A stretch of 64,000 nucleotides of DNA from Eledone cirrhosa (lineage: Eukaryota), in assembly GCA_964016885.1 (NCBI GenBank), contig OZ024741.1, positions 79,112,001 through 79,176,000 on the forward strand, written 5' to 3'. Shown one piece after another: positions 25,675 to 39,995 of this stretch. The notes beneath the pieces were generated by a model. The model saw only the letters and a program-made list of their open reading frames with translations, did not search any database and was not told where the DNA came from. Within the stretch, counting starts at the first letter, position 1, and each line of letters opens with the position of its first letter. Made by a program: the position numbers and the translations under genes.

Positions 25675-25964
25675 ATTAAAAATAATAAAAATCAGCTAGA
25701 AATAGATCTAAAGTTAGTTTTAAACAATAGGAAAATTACTGATTTTCCAGCAGTTAATTAATTAAAGGAATCACAATGCATTGGCAGCAGTATAATTTCC
25801 GATAGCAATTTGGGCGTCGAAAATTTGCTTCATGTCCTACATAAACCAGCAGAAACCGTCTTTGCACAGCGTCTTCTGTTTATAAATCTCAATAATTCTT
25901 GCATTGTCATTAAAAGAAATGTTGTTAGTATTAATCGAATTTTTTTAAACATCGAATATCTGTC

Positions 25965-26028
<64 letters not shown>

Positions 26029-26029
26029 C

Positions 26030-26540
26030 AAATATATCCTTTGAATTTAAGAAATGACGGGGTTAAAATGTCAATGGAATTGTATATATGTAAAGATAGG
26101 ACTCGTAGACAAACATTTGAGAAAGATATTATTTCGTTTGTCAACACTTATGATCCAGGTATATTCAATTTATTAATGAAAACCTGCCAATCTTGTTCGA
26201 AAGCGCAAGAAACGAAAGATCTACTGAAAGAAATCTCAATCATCAACAACAAACGCCAACGAAACACCCTGAAAAACAATGGCAAAATTTTCATGAGAAA
26301 GAAATTCCAATTTTTCTGTGAGAAACGTGCAGAGATAGTGAGTATGGAATATGCAGGATTGACATCTGTAACTATTTGAAAACTGGTTTCGAGATAAAAT
26401 TAGAAAACGGGCAATACTTTAAAATAAATGTAGACATATTTTTCACGACACGCCTCAGTACATCAACTTAAAGAATCTCCGAATAGAAATGAAAAAGTGT
26501 TTAGACAATGAAGCCTGGCTAGCACTGTAAGAACATGTTG
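26030..26540 (+). mobile_element. Old Penelope-like (Neptune-type) fragment, RT thumb/linker region
   Basis: YPLNL.NDGVK..., IISFVNTYDP and IINNKRQ.NTLK resemble the PLE YP..I / IPFV.TYNP / SKRQPKNLK motifs; heavily decayed. Confidence 0.5.
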
Positions 26541-26699
26541 CAGATTTCTCAGACAAAATTTCATTTGCATATCTACTCGTTTTCTTCACATAGAAAACAA
26601 ATAGATATGCAAATGAAATTTTGTCTGTGAAATATATGTCATATCATTTCAAAGCATTCAGTCCTCATTTCATTTCACCATCAGTCGTCATGTATACAC

Positions 26700-26733
<34 letters not shown>

Positions 26734-26929
26734 TTATTAAAATAACAGATTAAAGTTTAAGCAAAGATTTGCCGTATCCCATTACAAGAACAGACATAAG
26801 ATTGACAAACTAAGATATAGACGTTAAAAAAATTCTTTTAACGTCTATACTAACAAACTAGTAAATTTTGGAGATTGTAACACTAAGATTAAACAGAGGC
26901 TAACACCACCACTCATGTAACCACAACGT

Positions 26930-27065
26930 TACGACCCTTTACGATCTGAGTTCAAATCCCGCCGAGGTTGACTTTGCCTTTCATCCTTACGGGGTCGATA
27001 AAATAAAGTACCAGTAATGCACTGGGTAATTGCTGGCCTTGTGCCTAAAGTAGAAACAATTATCT
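26930..27065 (+). mobile_element. 5'-truncated SINE of the same family
   Basis: gagttcaaatcccgccgaggttgactttgcctttcatcc...ggccttgtgcctaaagtagaaacaatt. Confidence 0.85.
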
Positions 27066-28239
27066 GTTAACTAACGAACCAGTGATGACATATATGATAT
27101 ATTTATGTATAATAATCGCTATGAATGTTTTAAACTATGATCATGTCACAACTACAACAGTGAACTCCAGACACTAATGTTTTATGATTTCTTTATCCGT
27201 TCTCAGTGACGTTTATCACTCGGTACTCAGATAAGAATAAGCTATAGTTTATATACATTTTGCATATAGAACATCTGCTGGAGATGCTTATTTGCATATA
27301 GTATAGGATTGACAGGGTAGGATTAATTAGCAGTAGCACTAACATAGCGTAATTCATAATAGAGGTATATATGAAGGCATATGTGATATGTTTATGTATA
27401 ATAAATATATGTTCGTCATGACATGGCAGTGGCATTATCGCACCCAAATATGTCACGGCTACCTCTGTAGTTATGTGAGAACGTCAGATGCTAGTGTTTC
27501 AGGTTTATCTTTCCATCATCAGTGTCGTACTCACTCTGTATTGATAGAAGAATATGCTAAACATATATATTACGAACTTTTACAGACTCTTTCTTATGAA
27601 TTTTATACAAATGTTAGATCTTACATCAGAATCCAGAACAACATGGTTGTAAACCTCTTAAGCCTCCAGCAAAACATGCCGCTAAATGTGTATTTCGATT
27701 AATACAATATTGGTGTATTTTGCTTCAATGCTATATTGTATTACATAATAAACCTATAGATCTTGAAGTAACACTCTAGACAGATATAAATATTTTATCT
27801 TTATACGCAATTATACGCAATATATTGATTATTACAACATGCGCTGTAAATATGGTATTTAGCAACTTGATTTCAATGTGTATTAGATAGTATCCTATTT
27901 GTTACCTAAAGTACAATAAAAGAGGCTTATATTTGTGTTTTCATTTTGATACGAGTTCTTATTTCTTGTTCAGCATCGCAAAAAAGCAGCCAGGGAAAGT
28001 TATATTTTAAGGACGTGATGTAAGGAGCTGCACATTCGACATAAAGATATATATAATTTTTTTTCCCTTTTCGAGCTCCAGATGTATCGAAATAATGAGA
28101 TTGCGGTCCTTAGATCTGAATATGCTTTTTCTTGGCCGTCTTTTCAGAGATGTCTTTTTCTTCATTATTTACCGAACATATCTTCACTCAACCTGCCGGT
28201 ACCTTTGTTAGGCATCTTCCACTGAAGAAACACGATATG

Positions 28240-28900
28240 TTGTTGCTGAACATGAATTCGTTTTTGAAAAACTTTTCTCAGAAATGTTTCAAACATTTTT
28301 CTCAAAATGCTTATGAATCTTTTTCACTAAAATTTAGAAAATTTAAAAGGTTTTCTCAATAATATTATTCTCAGAATTTGGTACACTCTACTATAATAAT
28401 ATTCAATGGTTTCAAAATTATTTCTGTAAACTTTTTCAATAATTTTCTTAGCATCTTTTGAAAATATTTTCTCGAAACGTTTCAATTTTTTTTATAAAAT
28501 GTTTTTATTATTTTTTAAATGATTCTCTAAATTTTTTCAAATTTTTAAGAATCTCTTTTAAAATCCTATTTGAAAATTTTGAAAATTTTCTCAAAACTAA
28601 AAATGTTTTCGAAATTTTTCCCCAAAGATGTTTTCAAAAAAATATTTTCAAATATTCTCTAAATTTTGTCAAAGAGTTTCCTAAAACTTTTCCTAAAAAA
28701 TGTTTTGAAAATTTTCCTCAATTTATCAAAAACATTTTAAAGAAAACTTGAAATTAAAAAAAAAAAAACTTCGAGAAAAAGAATTGAAGACATTTTGTGA
28801 AAATTTTTTCTCAAAATATTTTGAAACTTTTCCATAACAAAATGTTCAAATTTCCGTCAAAAAAATATTTTCAAATCTTTTCCCCAAATTTCGGTTAAAG
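28240..28900. repeat. Cryptic AT-rich low-complexity satellite (aaaattttctc / ttttgaaaa motifs)
   Basis: Recurrent A-tract/T-tract motifs with no clear unit. Confidence 0.6.
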
Positions 28901-29205
28901 CTTTGCAATAATGATAATTTTAATATCGATCTTCAACATTTATTACTTATTTATTCATTTGTTTGTGCATTTGTTTTTTTAATCTTTCAACTAAATCACT
29001 GCTATACTACAGCTTTTGGTTCAAAGTAGCAAGGTAGTGTCTGTAACTTGGTATGGAACAAATATCGCAGGGGAGATCGTTCGAAAAGTAACGTTATTTA
29101 CGGTTTTCTCGTCACTACATCACATCGAACTCCATACCTACACTACACACACACACACGCGTGCACACACACCCACACGCGTGCACACACACCCACCCAC
29201 ACAAA

Positions 29206-29261
<56 letters not shown>

Positions 29262-29989
29262 GGTGTGGGTGTGTGGGTGTGCACGTGTGTGTGTAGTGTA
29301 GGTAATGGATGTTTGTTTATAAGATTATATGCATGTGTGGACATATATATGTATCTATGCAGATACAAATTAGGGGATGGACAATCTGCGTCACATAAAC
29401 TTTTGGCGTTTCAAGTGTAGGTCACTCTGTCTCGAAGACCTTGAACATGGCTATGGGTTGTACTTTTTCTCCTTAGACTAAACAAATCTTTGTTGGTAAT
29501 CTTTGTTTTATTTTGTTGTTGTTCTTCTTCTTTTATCTGTCCAATATTTCGGGACATAAAAGTCCCTTCATCAGGGTTTAAGAAACCTTCAGTGGATAAC
29601 GTTCCAATTTGCTCTCTTTGGGATAAAATTTTGATTAATTATTTTTTTATCAAACAGGAGGATATTTTTTTTTCAAAAACTTTTGATATGTTTATATTTT
29701 TTATTTATCCGTGTTTTTATTCGTTAATAGTGAAAAAAAAAAAAAAAAAAAAAATTTCAGAATATATAAATATATTAAATATTCGTATAAAATGAGTAAT
29801 ACTTAATAGATAGATTTTGAATATAAAAGATAAAGGCAAGTTAAATATTTAATAAATGTTTTATTTTTGTTTTTTATTCTCTTTTTTTTGTAGTCTGTTT
29901 CGGGAAAATATTTGAATAGTAGTACATGTCATGTACTACTATTCAAACAGGGAGTTTGTGGAAATGTTGAAAGAAACCACGATTAATGG

Positions 29990-30300
29990 ATTGCTGTGGA
30001 TCAATATATCGATTTCTGTAAATAGTCCAACTGGAGGTCAGTTGCTGTGGATCAATATATCGATTTCTGTAAATAGTCAAACTGGAGGTCAGTTTACTGG
30101 GGTTCAATATATCGACTTCTGTAAATAGTCCAACTGGAGGTCAGTTGCTGTGGATCAATATATCGATTTCTGTAAATAGTCCAACTGGAGGCTAGTGGAT
30201 CAATATATCGATTTCTGTAAATAGTCAAACTGGAGACTAGTTGCTGTGGATCAATATATCGATTTCTGTAAATAGTCCAACTGGATGTCAGTTGCTGTGG
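29990..30300 (+). repeat. Minisatellite, about six units of about 51 bp
   Basis: ttgctgtggatcaatatatcgatttctgtaaatagtccaactggaggtcag repeated with variants. Confidence 0.92.
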
Positions 30301-30658
30301 GAAGATCTCCCGAGATTCTATGCTCACTGGGACATTAGTCAAGAACTGTATGAAGAAAAGGCTACTGTAGGAAGTGTGAGCGAATAAAGGATTTACAATT
30401 CATTTTGATTCCTCTGGAAAAACTTATAGCCCTCAAGAATCAGTAGAATTATGTAAGGAAAAGGAAACGATGAAGATTTATCAGATTATTTAGCGTGTGG
30501 GACAAAAGGTTTTGGGATTTTTGTTTCAGTTCTCTGCGCTCTGAATTAAAATTCCACAACGGAAAACTCTAACTTTTGTCCCTTCGGGATCGATGATCGG
30601 GCTATTACAGACAAATTGACTCGTGCTGCATTCCGACAAATACGACACCGATAGATTC

Positions 30659-30907
<249 letters not shown>

Positions 30908-31159
30908 AGTGGTGCTCTGAAATACCGATGTATACATGAATGTATGTGTAGTATATTTGGCAATATACCGTATGTTTAATTAAAAACATTTTGAAGACCT
31001 TGCGCTATCATTTAAAAGTACTGACTATGTCACTTACTTCTTTTTTTCGGCAAAGGAAGGGAGAGAAGCTGACAGATTCTGTTTCACGCTGTTGGTGTTC
31101 CTCTGCCGAAAATTATAGAGGCTGGATTCTTTTAGAATTCCAGTATTAATCAGGAACTG

Positions 31160-31249
<90 letters not shown>

Positions 31250-31256
<7 letters not shown>

Positions 31257-31866
31257 CGAATTTTGTATATCTAATGATATACGGTAGAATTACGAATAAA
31301 CATATGGAAAGCCTTTTAGTTTTTGTTATGAATATTGAAATGCTGACGGCTAACGCCGTCAAGTGGATTCCAGCAGCAGTAGCGAGGGACAACTGCCAAC
31401 GCGTTTCTGGCTCAGGCTGTCATTAAATCAGCCTCCCCCCCTCGTCCTGCTCTCTGCTGGAATTTGTAACAGGCGAAAATGTATACTTTTTTTGCCTATG
31501 TAGATGGGCTGATTAGCCTCATTTGCATATAGAGCTGTCAAGCCGGCTCAGTCTGAAAGCAGAATTAAAGTTTTCGCTCCGACATAGCTGTAGACATATA
31601 ATTATGTGAATCTTGTGTATGTAATGATATACGGTATGCTTACGAATAAACATTTGGAAAGCCTTTTAGCTATAAATATTGAAATGCTGACGGCTAGCGC
31701 CGTCTAGCGGATTCCAGCAGCAGTAGCGGGGGACAGCTGCCCATGCGTTTTTGGCTCAGGCCGTCATTAAGACAGAAGGCTTTCCAAATATTTATTCGTA
31801 ATATATATGATTAGATGTACAAAATTCACATACTTTTATGTATGCAGCTATGTCGGAGCGAAAACC
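31250..31866. mobile_element. MITE-like element: inverted repeats of about 95 bp (31570-31665 / 31776-31866) preceded by a diverged partial tandem copy
   Basis: gttttcgctccgacatagctg ... cagctatgtcggagcgaaaac; 31255-31430 repeats at about 31600-31775. Confidence 0.6.
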
Positions 31867-31902
31867 ATATCATATATATATATATATATATACATACACA
31901 CA

Positions 31903-31935
<33 letters not shown>

Positions 31936-32025
31936 CATACACACACATACACACATATACATATACATTATATATCATATATGTTCATATATACATATAT
32001 ATCACTGGATATTGATCTAAACCCT

Positions 32026-32058
<33 letters not shown>

Positions 32059-33083
32059 TATATATATATTTAAAAGAATAGATATCTATAGATATAAACG
32101 TGTCGACACACACACATACATATACGCACACATGCATTGCACACTGATGGGCACATACATATTTGTACACAAGTATTCCAATACGGCAAGGCCTAATGGA
32201 TTCCTCTTGCAGTACGTACAATCTGGACACTCACACACACCTTGGTCTTATGCCAGTACTATATATCATTTCACACCTTTTATTATTAAGGTCTTTGATG
32301 TTCTATTGAGAGAATCGTTTTTACTGAAAATATCGAATAATGTACACCATTTTTACCAGTATCACAAAAATACTGGTCCACCCGCACACACACATATATA
32401 TACACACATACACACGCGTACATTAACATACAAAGAGACATATACACACACACAAAGACACTTCTCCGTATAAGACAAGAGCTGAAAAATATCTTTTAAC
32501 ATGTTAAAATATCCTCCACACGCGTACAGACACATTCCTACTGACCATCCCTCTACCACGAATTACTCTGCCACACACACACACACTTGTCTTAATAGGC
32601 ATCTGAACTGTTGACCTGTCAGCAGGCTGCGGTTCACACACACATCCCTGCTGACCATTATCACAACAACGAACCTCTTTACTACTACTACTACACACAC
32701 ATATTTGTCTTAAAAGACTTATTTTTCAGTGACTTCTCAATCAGCCGAGACAAATCTACATTTGGCGCAAAATCACTTTTTAACTTTCACATGACCTCTA
32801 CCGAGCAATCAAAATTCTTTTGACCACAAGAATTTTTTCATACATCTGGAGCCACTTTTTTTTACATAAAACAGGTAGAATTTCCAAAACTAATCAGATT
32901 AGAGCAAACATAACGGGCGCTCTATCTCAAAATTATTTTTGAAAAGCATTAGAAATGCGCAACCGGTAAAAACTTTAAACCAAAACTGAATACTAACCAA
33001 TACTATTACTAATTTTTACTTATTCCTAATTAAACTATTTTTCACTGGGAACAATTTGTCAGCATTTTCTTTTCCTTTTACCA

Positions 33084-33115
<32 letters not shown>

Positions 33116-34394
33116 TATGCGAGTAAGAAATAGCTTTTATTCATTTACCAGGTGTATTTTACCTATATGCTATGATAATTGAATTAAGCAGAGCCAATGT
33201 ATAATTGTAATGTAGTTACTAACCAATTTTAAAAGCTTAAAACATTCAATTACTGACAATTGTTTCTTCCTATAATAATGCACATTTAACAGCAAATTAT
33301 TTTATTTAGCAATCTGTTGTTAGTCAGTACAAACTATAGGAATCATATATATGTAAGTATACATGTATACATATAAGTATATATATACAATACTTTTACT
33401 TGTTCCAGCATTTAGGCAGCATCCATACTCTGGTTAGGCCTTATATATAATGCTTATAATCGATTGTTTGACCTCTTATACGATGAAAATACCACTAGAC
33501 ACTTCTGCTTGAGTGATTATATGGCTGATTGAGTACCATCGGCGACAAAGTCACCCGACTATTTTAGACTATTGCCTGTATTGGCAATAAATAGTCTAAA
33601 AACGTTCTCTTGCGTCCTCATGGGAATTTCGAATAGCAAATTATAGTTTTTATTATATTTGTATTTTACAAATTTTTAAATGGAAAATGCTTGAAAGCGT
33701 TCTTAAAAAATATATTGGAAATATACGATACGAACAGGAAATACAATGGTGGAATCGGAGTAGTTTAAATAAAAATGACGAAACAAAACAATAGTTTTTC
33801 TCTATACATTTCATAATATTTAAGATCTGGGCTCAATGAGGAACCAACTGACTGTTGTGACCGGTCTGTGCATCTTACATTTCCACGAACGGTCAGTCAC
33901 ACAACAAAGATTATCTTGTATGAAGAAGACGCTTGCATATTTATTCGTTCTTAATTTGAGAAAGAAGTTCTAACCTGGAAATATTATGTGTTAAAGACCA
34001 TTATTTTGTTTCGTCATTCTTTCTTTACTCTAGTTCCATAAATATATTTCGTATTCTTAATTATATATCTCTCAATTCTTCGTATTAAATTTTAAGAACA
34101 TTATTCTTAAAGAAGTATATTTAGACAATCAATAACTTTTGAATTGCTTGAATAGGATAACTTTAGGAATTACATGTTTTATTTATAAGATGTAATTCAT
34201 TAAAAGTAGAATTAATAATAATGAGTGTTTTTCCTGGAAAAGGAATTTTGTTATTTATGTGTATTTAATGTTTTCCTATTAACAGATAATAGATAAATTA
34301 TAATATGGAAACAAAGGAAAGCATTTTAGGTAGAGTGTTTAAAACTTCTTTAATGTCAATGTTGTTGTATATCAGAAAACTGCCTAGGTCATTT

Positions 34395-34590
34395 TGCTTG
34401 TATTGATAGAAATGTTTGAATGTGGGACGAAATACTTTGTGGCATTTAATTACGTTCTGAGTTCAGATCCCCTCGATATTAACTTTGTCTTTCATCCTTC
34501 GAGAATCGACAAAATAAAGTACATGTCGATATGATTAACTTTTCGCTCGCCCAGAACTGCTGGCATTATGTCTGAATTAAAAACCATTAA
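34395..34590 (+). mobile_element. Old SINE copy
   Basis: tacgttctgagttcagatccc..ctttcatccttcgagaatcgacaaaataaagtac. Confidence 0.65.
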
Positions 34591-35924
34591 AGTCAGTGTT
34601 GTTATTATTCCTGTTGTTTTTATTGTTTCCTGTATATTTTCAAAAATCAATGAATGTTTTCTGTTTTATCACATAGGATCATTTCAAAGAAAGGTGGAGA
34701 ATATATTTTAACTTTTTGCGCACAGCTGGATAAAAACAAGACATTTTAAAACTTTTTTATTCATTCAAACTTGTTTGAACACAATGTCGACATGAAGTAA
34801 AACCAACATATCCATCACATTAAAACTTTGACAACTAAACAGAAAAGATCCTCTCCATAAAAAATCTGAACAACATGAATTTTCTGTTGATATTGATAAC
34901 GTTGAGAATAGTTTTAGTAACTCGCTTTGTACACAATGTTTTGCGGAGATCGCATCTTATACGAAAAATCGTATCGAGCATATGTTCCAGTCAGATGAAG
35001 AAGTGTGACATTGGTGTGTCTAAAAATATCGTGTTTTCTCGCCAAAGATTTCTCTAAGAGTAGGCAAAAAGAGAGGGCATATATCTTTGCCTTACGAATT
35101 GAGGGGGACTTTCTGTTTGATCTCAAGTATTCTGGTTGGGCATGGCATATACTAGTGTCGACCTAATCCTCAATATCAAGTTGTAAGCATATACAGAGCA
35201 ATCCACAATCCTCACAGGCTTGTATCACAGTATGTAGAGTGCTCTGCAAATTCATAACAGGTAATCGTAAATATATCACCGGTTATTTCATTACTTGGTA
35301 ATTTAATTGCAAGCCTACTCATAATCGATACATTTACCGTGTCAATACCTTTTATACGCCGAGTAAATGCATCGCAAAACATCATCTGAAATATTTTATT
35401 TCCTGTGTGAATAAAACACATTTCGTTAACAAGGAAAAATAAATTCGAAGACAAAAATATTCCATTCTACGAGATAAACATGTTTTTTAGAAATCTTGAT
35501 AAAGGAACAATCAAGAACCCCCCACCCCCCCCCAAAAAATAAAATATCGCCTGTACAGAAATCTCAAATCACATAGAAACAAATTTAAAGACAGTGCAGT
35601 GAGAATTCAACGTATTGTCAATGAAGATGAAAATCGCGAAAGACTGTATTATTTAAGGAACATTGTTCAATATCTTTTCTTTTTAGCATGTTTTTTTCTT
35701 TCTTCAATTAAATATTTTTTTAGGATTCTGTGCTTAAAAGTAAATTGGATTTGTTTCTTCATGCATACATTAAGGAATTCTTTTTACTGTTTAGCTAAAG
35801 AGTTAAGAGCAACAACCCCGATACTTTTCACCCTGCTTTATTGACCCCCTCCATAGTGCAATATGGGCGGGTGTTAAATGTGATGAGGAAGTGAAATGAT
35901 ACGTGGTCATGAGTTGTCAGCATG

Positions 35925-36260
35925 GGTTAACAATATAAGTGGATTAGTAGAATCATTAGAGCGTCGGAAAAAATGCTTTGCGACATTTAGTTACAGACGT
36001 TTACGTTCCGAGTTCAAATCCTGCCGAGGTCAACTTTGCTTTTCATCCTTTCCAAGGTTGATAGAATAAAGTACCAGTCACATACCGAGGTCGGCGTAAT
36101 CAACCTTTCGCTCCCTGCAAATTGTTGGTATTGTGTCTAAATTAAAAATCATTATCATTACTGACGTATGTGGAGGTGGAAAAATCGGTAGATCTTCGGA
36201 CAAACGACTTTGCTGTCTTTAGTTCCTAAGTTTAAGTTCCGCCGATGTCAACCCTCCTTT
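35925..36260 (+). mobile_element. Old SINE copy followed by a second partial SINE head
   Basis: tacgttccgagttcaaatcctgccgaggtcaactttgcttttcatcc..aataaagtaccag. Confidence 0.7.
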
Positions 36261-36384
36261 CCAAAGGATTGTCTCTGATTTCAATCTCCACCTTCTAGTT
36301 ATCTCTATCTGAAGATCTTTGTATTTGGCAAATTCCTTCATTTCGTTAAGTAATACGTTATCATCAGTTGGAAGTATCCTCCTC

Positions 36385-36494
36385 CCATGCTCCTCATCAT
36401 ACTCCTCCTCGTCTTCCTCCTCGCCATCATTATCATCAATATCATCACCATCATCATCGTCGTCATCATCATAATCATCGTTATCATCATCATT

Positions 36495-36530
<36 letters not shown>

Positions 36531-36554
36531 GTCATCGTTATCCTCATCATCACC

Positions 36555-36619
<65 letters not shown>

Positions 36620-36702
36620 CACCATCATATCATCGTCATCGTCATCCTCACCATCAACATCATCGTCGTCGTCGTCGTCGTTATTATCATCATCATCATC
36701 GT
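36385..36702. repeat. (CAT)n imperfect microsatellite
   Basis: Direct reading; it explains the poly-His/Met/Ile ORFs. Confidence 0.95.
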
Positions 36703-37388
36703 TATATATATATATATATCTTGGAAGTAATTAAAGATTGTCTAGACTAAAAATATTCCAAGGAAATTGTTATTTTGTAGAGAAAGATCGATATTAAAAT
36801 TATTGCTGTTGTTGGTATGGCCAATGTGTTTAATAATATTGTATTATTTTGTTTTTACTCGTTTATATTGCTGGCGAAGAGTTGTTGTTATTGTTACTAA
36901 TGTCATTGAAGTTTTTACTACTGTTGATTTTGCTGCTGCTGCTGCTGCTACCGCTGTTATGGCAGCTGTTTCACCCTCATCATTTTATATGAGTAGTTGC
37001 CCTTGATATTGCAGTTGTTGCTGCAGCGGTATCGGTTGTTTATATAAATGTATATATATATATATATGTTTCGCAACATGTTGCGAAACATATTTAGGTT
37101 TCGAAGTTCAAATTCATCTACGGAGCGGGTTTGGATTTTGAAATTTAGATTTGTCCAGGAATCACGGCTTTTGCCAATATAAGCTTGTCTTTATTGACTT
37201 ATATCGAGACAGACAAATTGTATTCACTTTAATTAGTTTATTTCATTGATAGCTAACTTTGTCTGTTGCAATGCAAACACGTTTTGTGTTTATCATATAT
37301 ATTAATGTATTTAACTGCTCGGAAATGCCTCTTTCTTGGAGCTGATTAATTGTAAACGACTGAGAGTTTAATCTCAAAATATAATATA

Positions 37389-37459
<71 letters not shown>

Positions 37460-37463
<4 letters not shown>

Positions 37464-39344
37464 TATATATATAATTCTTTCTTCTATTATAGACCTAAAA
37501 GTTCTGGTAGTTTAAATCGTATCCATTAGCTACTATATTTCCTTATCTTTTTTGTTTAGGTTCATTTTGATTACCATCATCATTATTATTATTATTAGTT
37601 TTTTACAGCTTTTCGATTTTAGTTTCCATAGTCTTTTGGCTACCATACCCTATCTATCTTCTTAAGCATTATTATAGTTTCACTACTAACACCTTATGAG
37701 TTTATATCTTATTAAATACTTTGTTTGGAGTCTCATTCAACTAATGAACCTCCTCCTCTACACACTTAATATCCGTCCCTTCTATTATACTATATATAAA
37801 TTTCACCTTTATGCTCCTTTTTATGATATTATATAATATATTGATTTTACTTTTATGCTCCTTCCTATCCTCCATAACTTCTCTTCTTTCTGTTCCCATT
37901 GGTCTACCATAGTTCTATTTAGAGTCCTTTTATTTGATAACGTTATTCGACTGAACGGAGCATATTTTACTCTATTCTTGATAATTTTATTGAGATATCT
38001 TAAACTTATACGATTTTGATGACTTAAACACTAGCCAATTTTGAAGTGACTAAATATGTATTTTAAATACTTTTAATATTAATTAATTTAAAAAGGTTTT
38101 CTAGTCAACTCTCCGGTTTACATATCTATCTTTTTTCTTTTACTTAACCGCTTGTGACACCTAAGTAAATATACTTGTTTTTGTTTTTCGATCTTCGGTT
38201 TATTTTATTTATCTTTTTACTACCACACGCTGTCTGTCTGATCATGTAATTTCATTAATATATGTCTGTGTATGTCAACCACGTAAATATATATATTAAG
38301 CATTTCCTTACACTCTGTTTGCTATTTGATATTAACGTTGTTATATCATATCATTTTTATGTAATCGTATTATTTGATTTTAATATATGTCTGTCATTTG
38401 AGGTACTGTTCTGTTATATTTTGTAATATTTTGTGATATTTTGGTAATATTTATGCCAATGTAAAATGACTTGACCTCCGTGTATTTGTTACAATGGTAT
38501 AGACATTTTTTCAACACAATTTTTTCAACACAATTTAGTTCTGTGATTTTTTTCTTACCCTGTGTAAAACTTTATACTATTTGTTAACCTTCAAATATAT
38601 GTATGATGTAATTTTGTATATCTTTTGATGCCAATATATTATAATATTGTTATTATAATGTTATTATAATGTTTTTATATTGTTTATGCACACTGACAGG
38701 GAATTATATATTATATTTTATTTTTATTTTTATCTTTATTCTTATTTTTATCTTTATTATATTATACTGTAAACAATATATATATATATTTAAATACTTA
38801 ATAAGTGTTAGTTTGTTTTTGTACTAATGTGTATATGTATAGATATATATATATACATATATTAAGCTTTTTATTATCACCATCTATTATATTATATTAT
38901 ATTCTATATCGTACTGTAATTCTCGCATTATATTACCATTTGTGTTTCAACTTTTTGCATTATACAATATTTGCATTGTGGGTTCAACATGTTAATCACT
39001 TCCTTGCTATTTGGTCTATATCTATGTTTATAACTGGTCACTCTTAATCTTAGCCAACTTTTTCCTTGATATTTCCTAAGCTTTAATAGATGTATACTCC
39101 ATATTATTCTGAGTTTTTGGCTTGTATTGGCCGATAGTGCTTCTTGTAGCTTTACTTGCCCTGATGAGTCCTTAATAGGACGAAACATTGTTGGCTAATA
39201 AAAACTTTTGATGTATTGAAGGCTTCTTTGGTTTATTTTTTATAATTCTTCGGCTCTGTTTAATTACATTGAGCTATATCTTATACTGTCATTTCTATAA
39301 TATGAAGAGGGTGTTTAAATCCAACACACTCTAGTATTTTAATT

Positions 39345-39347
<3 letters not shown>
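37460..39347 (+). mobile_element. Non-coding 1.9-kb Penelope-like 3' region ending in a hammerhead and poly(A) signal
   Basis: Bounded by (TA)n; T-rich, G-poor strand bias like 50464-51565; hammerhead at 39151. Confidence 0.5.
39151..39202 (+). ncRNA. Minimal type I hammerhead ribozyme (GUU triplet)
   Basis: GCC-CTGATGA-GTCC ttaata GGAC-GAAA-C att G-TT-GGC. Confidence 0.8.
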
Positions 39348-39405
<58 letters not shown>

Positions 39406-39497
39406 CCACGGAGCCACCCAACGGAACCAGCACGCGGGACGCACCAGACCCCGGACAGGCCCAACTAGCACAGCGGAACCCAACGACCCTGTGCTGA

Positions 39498-39995
39498 TTG
39501 CGGCGGCTACCCAGCCAACCCCGAGTGATGGTAACCATGCGGTACATGTGCAGGGCAGGGCTTAAGAAGTCATGCAATTGCAGAGACCCATCACTATGCC
39601 CCCTTAGTAACGAATGTATGACGAAAAACTTAGTCTACAGGTGCAAGGTCACAACCCCTAACTCGGAGCACCACTACATAGGATCCAAGGCGACGAGCTT
39701 CAAAGGTAGGTGGTATAACCATCGCCATTCCTTTAACAGAATAGAAAAGAGGAAATGTACGGCCCTTTCTGAATTGATCTGGAAGCTCAAACTTGAAAAG
39801 ACCCCGCACTCTCTGGTCTGGTCCGTGGTTAGAAAGGTTCCCCCAGACAGAGGTGGGTCTGGTATTTGCAACCTCTGTCTTAGTGAGACACTCGAGATAC
39901 TTCATGGCGGAACCAAGCTATTAAACAGAAGGGCCGACTTATTCGGCGCCAGTAGACACCTAAGGACGGGAACTTTCCTCAAGCTATATGGATAA
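39498..39995 (+). pseudogene. Naiad-type Penelope-like GIY-YIG endonuclease, 5'-truncated element at about 39404-40210
   Basis: CNCR..CPL..C..NLVY..YIGS..SFKGRWYNHRHSF..TALSELIWKLK..CNLCLSE..LLNRRADL..RH. Confidence 0.8.

Noticed and set aside
29990-30300. CRISPR-like array
   Set aside because: Contiguous tandem units with no unique spacers, eukaryotic context, no cas genes.
33825-33897. Small AG..GT-bounded host exon candidate (also 34677-34693)
   Set aside because: No recognisable protein motif; splice-like sites arise by chance.
36338-36734. Poly-His/Met/Ile ORFs and similar YIYI/HTHT/CVCV ORFs elsewhere
   Set aside because: Translations of microsatellites.
39495-39497. In-frame TGA as selenocysteine (some Naiads encode selenoproteins)
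   Set aside because: It lies in the variable linker rather than at a conserved Cys, and I see no convincing SECIS downstream.
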